From: Paraspadella gotoi
Lineage: Eukaryota > Animalia > Chaetognatha
Assembly: GCA_051294375.1 (NCBI GenBank)
Contig: CM119270.1
Location: 12,951,117-13,015,116 of the forward strand
Direction: 5' to 3'
DNA: 64,000 nucleotides
Of the stretch, positions 53,966 to 64,000 are shown piece after piece. The notes under the pieces were generated by a model. The model ran no database searches. It was not told where the DNA came from and worked only from the letters and a program-made list of their open reading frames with translations. The translations under genes were made by a program, and so were the position numbers. The first letter of the stretch is position 1. Every line of letters begins with the position of its first letter.

Positions 53966-56271
53966 ATGGGCATGGCGACCAACGGCGAGTCGGGCAACGC
54001 GGCAGGGGAACCTGCCATCACTCCTGACCGTGCCCTCAAACTCAACGGACACGTCGGCTTCGATAGCCTTCCCGATCAACTCGTCAACAAATCTGTCGGC
54101 CAGGTTCTTTACTCGGCATTTGAGTGAGGAAGGATTACGGCAACAGCCGGGTTGCCTATGATGCCCATTGGGATTGGGCATCTCACTGTTGGCTCTAGGG
54201 GCTTCCGACCCTCAGTGGCGCCGCCTGCCATTGGCGCAGTTACCGAGGGCGGTCTCGCTTTGCGTCGTAAGGACTGTGAATGGAACGTAACGCTTGGGAT
54301 GGTGCGTTCCCCATCTGAGTCATTGGAATTGTCTTAACGATGTTGCATCTGAGGCGGTGTAAATATACCGCCGCAGGATCTTCATTCATCGCTGGTTTGT
54401 TTGCCTTCTAGGGATTCTCATTTAACATCCTCTGCATCGGAGAAACTGGGATTGGAAAATCGACCATGATGGATACGTTGTAAGTTCATCCAAAAATTCC
54501 CTTCACTCTGAAATTTCCAACCAAATAGTAAACTCTTGTCGTAGCGTAATTCATTTCCATTTTTTTAATCCTCACATAGGTTCAACACGCAATTCGACTC
54601 AACTCCTTCCCAACACACTTTACCGGGAGTGGAGTTGAGGGTAAGTTATCCTTCCAATTCTTTGAAATTGTATTGCAGAGTCAGTTTTACAAGAGAGCCT
54701 CATTTTCCACAGCCCCACACTTACGAACTTCGCGAAAGCAACGTTCGCCTTCGTTTAACCGTCGTCGATACAATTGGCTACGGTGACCAGATCAACAAAG
54801 AGGATTGCTGGAAGCCGATCGTCGACTACATCGACGCCCAGTTCGAAGGTCTGTGGCTCTGCCGTGGCGGAAAATTTCTTTTCGACCCCTAGAGTTTCAT
54901 CTTTGACATTTTTACATCTCCCTGCCAACAGCTTTCCTTCAAGAGGAGCTGAAGATCAAAAGGAGCCTCGACACTTACCACGACGGACGCATCCATGCTT
55001 GCCTCTACTTCATAGCGCCCACGGGTCATTCCCTCAAATCCTTGGATCTGATGACCATGAAAAAACTGGATTCCAAGGTAGGACAGTAGATTTTTTGTGA
55101 CTGGAAACTGAAATAGATTATTCTCTTTTTTTTTTGTAGGTCAACATCATTCCTGTAATTGCCAAAGCGGACACCATTTCCAAATCCGAGTTGCATAATT
55201 TTAAACTAAAAGTGCGTATCGATGGGGGGGAATACTATTAAAAGCTTTTAAACGCTGCTAAAGACTAATGGCGTTTCTTAATTTTAGATTATGAGCGAAT
55301 GAAATCAAACGGCGTCCAAATTTATCAATTCCCTACCGACGACGAGACCGTTGCCGATCTTAATGGCTCCATGAACAAGTAGGAAAAATAAGATTTGTTA
55401 AATTATGTATTATACATTACTATTTTGACGTAATCTTTTTGCTATGAAGCCATTTGCCTTTTGCTGTGGTGGGCAGCACGGAAGAAGTTAAAATGGCAAC
55501 AAAATGGTCAAAGCCCGTCAATATCCTTGGGGAACCGTCCAAGGTAATTTTTTTTAAACATGAGGTTGAAATATATCTTTCTCATTTCTCTTAACCATCG
55601 CTGCATACTTCTGTCATCCCCTTTTCCAGTGGAAAATGAGAACCACTGCGACTTCGTCAACTCCGCGAAATGCTCATCCGCACAAACATGGAGGATCTTC
55701 GAGAGCAGACGCATCAGAGACACTTCGAGCTCTACCGGCGCGACCGGCTGCAGGAGATGGGCTTCAGTGACTTGACTAACGAGGGAAGAGCCATTGGCTT
55801 GGGCGAGACGTTTGAGCAAAAGAGGAACGAGCACCTTCAAGTGAGCCCCTTTGAGAGTTTACAGGAAAGGGACACTTGTCTAATGTCTAGTTATATCTTG
55901 TGTATCGATCATTATTACAGGGACTTCAAAAAAAAGAGGATGAGATGAGACAGATGTTCGTCCAGAGGGTAAAGAGAAAAGGTCTGAGTTAAAGGAGTCG
56001 GAGAAGGAACTGCACCAACGATTCGAAAGTCTCAAGAAGATGCACGCTGATGACAAGAAGAAGATCGAGGTGAGTCGGTCGCGTCTTTCGATCCGAGTAC
56101 GTCAAACATCAAACGAAGACGTCCTTTTTTGTGGCAGGAAAAGAAAAAGTTGTTGGAGGAAGAGATGCAGGCCTTTTACCGCAAGAGGAGAATGAGAAGA
56201 TGGCGCAGGAGGCGCAACGCCTGGCGATGCTGCAGGCGCAAACCATGACCGGAAAGAACAAAGAAAAATAA
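53966..56271 (+). CDS. Septin, SEPT6 group (multi-exon; 1-nt frameshifts in 3' half)
   Basis: [78 protein letters not shown]-terminal coiled coil. Confidence 0.92.
54121..54388 (+). ncRNA. Unidentified multi-stem structured RNA in septin intron 1 (54104-54411); copy in 63131-63439
   Basis: Closing stem UGAGUGAGGA/UCUUCAUUCA; internal stems GGCAAC/GUUGCC, GAUGCCCA/UGGGCAUC, UCACUGUU/GACUGUGA, GACCCUC/GAGGGCGGUC, GCGCC/GGCGC, GAUGG/CCAUC, CUGAGGCGGUGU/AUACCGCCGCAG. G-U pairs favour the + strand. Confidence 0.65.
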
Positions 56272-57054
56272 AAAACGAACGTTTTCAGGGACGTTTTAGG
56301 GGTTTGCCAAAAAAATATGCCGTCGAACGAATATATTTGCCAACGTATCAATCAGTCGTTTGATAATGAGATACGTTTGGATGTTGAGGGTGAAAAAAGC
56401 GCGAGATTTTTGTTACTTAAACATATTATTTTAATTCCAAATTATTAATTACTTTATTAAGTTTATTCTAACTTTTTATTATTTAGCTCTGCTATGAAAG
56501 ACATCTTAGACCATAAGTATTTTTTACGAAATTAGCAAGATCTGAAAAATTTAGTCGTCAAAATCTCTGATTTACTAAATAATTAATTGTTTATCTTTTT
56601 GCATGTCACCATAGTTCTATATTTATACAGAGTTCCGCATGTAGATGATTTTAATAAATATCTAGTCGAAATTTTGATAGGATTAGGTGTCAACGGTACT
56701 CCTATTTTAACAGCCCGCCTTAGTTATTGTGATTTTACGTTTAGTTAATATCCGTCTCTCGTACATGGTATGTATACTTAGATTTTAGGTTTGTCATGAT
56801 GTTAAAAAACAATAAAAATAGTTTTTTGTCAAAAAACGTTACGGTATCTCTTCTAATTCGAGTCTTTGTTTAAATAAAGCAATTTAAAACGTTCTTTGTT
56901 CAAGTGTTCAGTTTAGATTGAAATTTGTTTAACATTGCCAAAAACTGTCCTTTTTTCCTTTACTATTTAACATTTTTTACACGTTTTAAAGTTTCAGCGT
57001 TCTATTTTCGTATAATTTTTGTAGATTAGTGATAATTTGACAATACTCTCGGCG

Positions 57055-59116
57055 ATGCGGCGAAAGCGCGGAAAAGCGGCAAAGAAGGCGAGGCAGGCGA
57101 TGACGGTGGCTGAGCCCGAGGACCTCGTGAAAGCTCCTCACTCATTCGTGTTTCATCGCGGTATCTTTTGTTAAAATATAATCCTTATAGCTATGTACGT
57201 ATGTATGATATGAACTTAACCAACACTTTCGTTTTTTTGACAGGACAAGTTTCGACGAACTTGAAAAACCTCATCACTGATTTCAGAAAAGTATTGGAGC
57301 CCTTTACGGCTGCGAATTTGAGAGCGAGCGAGAAGAACAGTCTTAAGGTTCGGAATTTACCACTTGCCATTTGCCAGACTCTCACTGTGGCGTTGGTTTT
57401 TCGGATAACGAAATTTTAAGATTAATTCCGCCACTTCATTTATTTTCCCTCATCAGGATTTCGTTTCTATTGCTGGTCCTCTGAACGTTAGTCACTTTCT
57501 CATGGTGAGCTCATCCTCTTCCTCTGCTAACATGCGGATCATGCGACTGGCAAGGGGCCCCACCATGTCGTTCCGGATAGTCAATTACACTTTATCAAAG
57601 GTTAAATCTTAGTGGCGTCGCTTCATTATACTGCTTTTAAATTGTTACTCATAGACTTGCATTTTCTTTTCAGGATGTGATCTCAGCCCAGAAACGTCGA
57701 ACGTCAACACCAAGCTCTTTGCTCATCACCTCTTCTTGTCCTCAATGGATTTGGCGAGCAGAATGGTCAACCTCCGCCAATCATTTGAAGCTCATGGCTA
57801 CTATGTTTCAAAATATGTTTCCTGCTATCAACATTAACAAGTAAAGCTAATTGCTATTTACCAACCGAAAGGCAAGCTTTCTACTTTAACTTTTTTTCTT
57901 TCTCAGAATGAGAGTGGCCAACGTTCGTCGATGTCTATTGATTCGCTACGATCCGGAATCAGAAAAGATCTACCTCCGCCATTATTCCATCAAAGCCGTT
58001 CCCGTTGGTAAGTTACGAAAAAAGTAATTAGAGTAGTTGCTTTTGTTTTTTTCTTTTTCCGTGCATTTTTTTTTTTTCAGGGGTATCTCGTCGCGTCCGA
58101 AGGATGATCCAAACTCGTCTTCCAGACATGTCGGGTTTCAACGACATCGGGGATTATCTTCTGAACAAGGGTGGTCCATGTTATAAATATGTTGTTTCTG
58201 ATAATATTTGGTACTTCGTTAAAACGGCCAATTTGAATTACCTTTTCTTTAAAGGCGCGATCAGTTCTGAGTCGGAAGGAGAGATGGACGGAGAACACAA
58301 CCAAATCCAACTCCCAGACAACATGCCCGGACGGGGAAACATGAAAGAACACCAGTCGGCCATCCGCTGCACGAGTTGGGTCCGCGACTCACGTTGCAGC
58401 TCGTCAAAGTAAGGGGCAGTCTTTTACTTCGTCAGATATAGCGAAAAGCGAGACATAATACGTACATCTTTCATGATAGGTGGAAGAAGGCCTCTGCGAC
58501 GGCCGCGTCGTCTATCACTCGTTTATCTCAAAGTCTCCCGAAGAATTGGCCACCTTGGAGTCGAGACTGAAGGAACGGCAGAAGCTAAAGGAGACGCGGC
58601 AGAAGCAGCAAAAGGCGAATGTCGGTAGTCTTGCTTATTTAATTATATAATTAATTACTCCTATTTAGTTTTAATTCTACACCCTTGAAAAGCGGAAAAG
58701 AAGAAGCGGCGAGAGGAACACAAGACTAAATGCTTGGAAGGCATGAAGTCTAACGAGAACGACATGGGCGTCGGGAACGACGAGGTGGAAGAAGAGAAGG
58801 ACGAGGACCTGACAGCGACGAAGACGACGCGGAATACTACAGGTTAATCGTATGGAAGATCTTCGGCGCAAAGCAGCACGTAAACCAAAAATATATTTTC
58901 AGGAATGAGATTGGCGAGGAACCGGAAGCTGGTTCTTTCTCGGCTCCTGGCGCGAAACGGCGGAGAAAGAAGAGCGCCTCCTCTCTCGAGATTCCTAAGC
59001 GGTTCAAAAAGTCGAAGCCGGTCGGCGACAGACAGGCCGGAAAGGCGGGACGCCCGCCGATGGCCGAGCCGGAAGAACTGTCAGATTCGCTGGAGACGCT
59101 CGGAAAAAAAATATGA
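57055..59116 (+). CDS. PPAN: Peter pan/Ssf1 Brix-domain ribosome biogenesis protein (frameshifted by probable errors; 3' end uncertain)
   Basis: KAPHSFVFHRG, DFRKVLEPFTAANL, NSLKDFVSIAGPLNVSHF, GPTMSFRI, MFQNMFPAINI, LRHYSIK, KVEEGLCDGRVVYH. Confidence 0.9.
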
Positions 59117-59259
59117 AAAAGCCGGGATTCAAAAAATATCCCGGTCGGACGTAAAAAATATATAGTTTTGCGTCATTGTTGTTGTTTGTGTGCCTTTAAA
59201 TCGAAAATCGTTTTTACTGTTTTTCCAGAGGAAAAATAATTTAAAGAAAGAAGGGGAAA

Positions 59260-60283
59260 ATGACTGAAGACGACGACTGGAGCGTGAATCTGCGGAGGAA
59301 AGGCGGGTTTTATCAAGACGCCGATTGGTGACCAAATTCTTGTTTGAACTCGAAATACGGTTTTTCCCTATTATTATCTTTCCGAGAAACCGGGTTCTTT
59401 AGGTACGCACTACAATTGACGCGAAAAATGCCGCTGGTGACTAAGATGCTGAAGGAGCTAACGTTCGCCTTCCTCCTTTGAAGGAGGGTAGAGTCTGCGA
59501 CTTGGCCGCCGGAAACGGCAACGCCGCCGTTCAAGTAAAAACTGCTTATCCGAGGTTGCCTTCATCGTGTCTTGCCTTATAGAGGATGTAAAAACATGAT
59601 CTGAAAGCGATAAGTTTGTTGTCGTCTTGGCAGAGTGGCGGTCAGCGTCGTGGAGCAGTGTCCCTATCGAATCGAACAGTGCAGGAAGAGATTGGAGGAA
59701 GCGGGATTTAGCTTATTTGCCGAATATCAGCATAAAATCGTCTTGAATACGGGAGGTGCCATTGGAGAAGTGGCTGACAAAGCTATACGGGTATTCGTTG
59801 ATGGCCTCTGTTATTGCCCTACTTGTTGGTTTATATTTAATAATAAATCGAAACACTTATTTCTTTTGTTTTAATATTTTTCACGCTTTTTACGGAATTT
59901 TGTTGTCATTGGTACGCGATGGTATCGCAGGTTCTCCATATGACGCCGTCGTGGGTTCTTTGGCCTTCACACCCTCGTTGGACATGACGCTGATCAGTCT
60001 CTTATTAGAGACAGATATTGCAAAGTCTTTTCGCTGGTTTTTGATTCTCTCAAACCCGGGGGGCATTTTATTTTCGGAGATCACGTAGAGCTTCTTCCAC
60101 TTTACAGGTCCTTTACTTTCCTTTTTGATACTGAGGGATAGAAACTATTTTGTTTTTTTAGCCTAATATAAAAAATCCAGACAACTCCGCCTCATGGAAG
60201 ATGTTGGCTTTATGTCCATTGACGTCGCTTGGCGCGAAGATGCATATTTCGTGGCGGGAGGCCGAAAACCCAAGGCTGTTTAG
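59260..60283 (+). CDS. Class I SAM-dependent methyltransferase (multi-exon, frameshifted)
   Basis: Motif I RVCDLAAGNG, VSVVEQ, PYDAVVGSLA, NPGG, LMEDVGFMSIDVAWRE. Confidence 0.7.
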
Positions 60284-60607
60284 TCCTGGCGCTGATTGGT
60301 TTTGATGTGGTTAATTCGTCCGGTTTTTTGCATTTTTTAATTTCTTAATTTCTTTCTTTGATATACTCAATGGAAAGTTCGATGTTTCGATAAATTTGAT
60401 AAACACAATTATACAATTTAGTCATGACATTTTTATAAAATTTTTTATCCGATCCGCCAATGAGCGTTGAGGCGAAATCTTTTCTCCATGTCGCTGATCC
60501 GACAGCGTCTTCAATGCGTCTTTTTGTGGTTTTGACATATCATCAATCGTACTTTCATCTATCGAACTTACTTGAAACAAAAATAAAAAAGTATGGAAAA
60601 AAATTGA

Positions 60608-62780
<2,173 letters not shown>

Positions 62781-62992
62781 CTGTGATATTAAGGATGCCT
62801 GTACGATCACCATGCCTCCTTACTGTTTTGCATTGGACACCGTGAATTACGTGGTTTTCGCACGGTTCCATGTTTTATTTCTTATTTTTTCATTTTAGTC
62901 AGTTAACACAAGACAACCTTTGTTTGGACTTCTGTGCCTATTGTGTTATATTCACTATTCGGGGGGAAAACATTTTTAAAAAAACGTAAAAA

Positions 62993-64000
62993 ATGGGCAT
63001 GGCGACCAACGGCGAGTCGGGCAACGCGGCAGGGGAACCTGCCATCACTCCTGACCGTGCCCTCAAACTCAACGGACACGTCGGCTTCGATAGCCTTCCC
63101 GATCAACTCGTCAACAAATCTGTCGGCCAGGTTCTTTACTCGGCATTTGAGTGAGGAAGGATTACGGCAACAGCCGGGTTGCCTATGATGCCCATTGGGA
63201 TTGGGCATCTCACTGTTGGCTCTAGGGGCTTCCGACCCTCAGTGGCGCCGCCTGCCATTGGCGCAGTTACCCGAGGGCGGTCTCGCTTTGCGTCGTAAGG
63301 ACTGTGAATGGAACGTAACGCTTGGGATGGTGCGTTCCCCATCTGAGTCATTGGAATTGTCTTAACGATGTTGCATCTGAGGCGGTGTAAATATACCGCC
63401 GCAGGATCTTCATTCATCGCTGGTTTGTTTGCCTTCTAGGGATTCTCATTTAACATCCTCTGCATCGGAGAAACTGGGATTGGAAAATCGACCATGATGG
63501 ATACGTTGTAAGTTCATCCAAAAATTCCCTTCACTCTGAAATTTCCAACCAAATAGTAAACTCTTGTCGTAGCGTAATTCATTTCCATTTTTTTAATCCT
63601 CACATAGGTTCAACACGCAATTCGACTCAACTCCTTCCCAACACACTTTACCGGGAGTGGAGTTGAGGGTAAGTTATCCTTCCAATTCTTTGAAATTGTA
63701 TTGCAGAGTCAGTTTTACAAGAGAGCCTCATTTTCCACAGCCCCACACTTACGAACTTCGCGAAAGCAACGTTCGCCTTCGTTTAACCGTCGTCGATACA
63801 ATTGGCTACGGTGACCAGATCAACAAAGAGGATTGCTGGAAGCCGATCGTCGACTACATCGACGCCCAGTTCGAAGGTCTGTGGCTCTGCCGTGGCGGAA
63901 AATTTCTTTTCGACCCCTAGAGTTTCATCTTTGACATTTTTACATCTCCCTGCCAACAGCTTTCCTTCAAGAGGAGCTGAAGATCAAAAGGAGCCTCGAC
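62993..64000 (+). CDS. Duplicate septin 5' part, runs off window
   Basis: Same as 53966 onward. Confidence 0.85.

Noticed and set aside
54121-54388. RNase P, RNase MRP, U3, U12, 7SK, telomerase RNA or TPP/cobalamin riboswitch identity
   Set aside because: Only fragmentary resemblances (GGAAGG, GGGGCUU, CUGA); the required paired or ordered conserved motifs are not present by eye.

Overview
Intron-rich animal (invertebrate-like) nuclear DNA. 1-25.6 kb is the 3' part of a perlecan (HSPG2)-like gene with an atypical LDLa/Ser-Gly-rich block inside the Ig array, and a complete 5-exon orphan membrane-protein gene nested on the same strand in one intron. 26.5-30.2 kb is a TA-flanked TIR element carrying nested Penelope-like fragments with minimal hammerhead ribozymes in inverted arrangement, plus a tRNA-derived SINE. 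30.4-64 kb is a compact housekeeping cluster: FAM89/LURAP-like, SZRD1, STUB1, CARHSP1/CSDC2-like, MRPS6, CLPP (TMEM186 nested in intron 1), a SEPT6-group septin, PPAN and a SAM methyltransferase. Two ~9 kb direct duplications flanking a 25-N gap are probably gap-filling artefacts. Best leads: (1) a highly structured ~270-nt RNA in septin intron 1 whose closing strand can alternatively sequester the weak 5' splice site; (2) a TTAA-flanked transposon inside TMEM186 coding sequence that can be spliced out in frame as a new intron; (3) same-strand nested genes, tight gene spacing and many AAG splice acceptors. All calls are by eye; no searches or folding were run.
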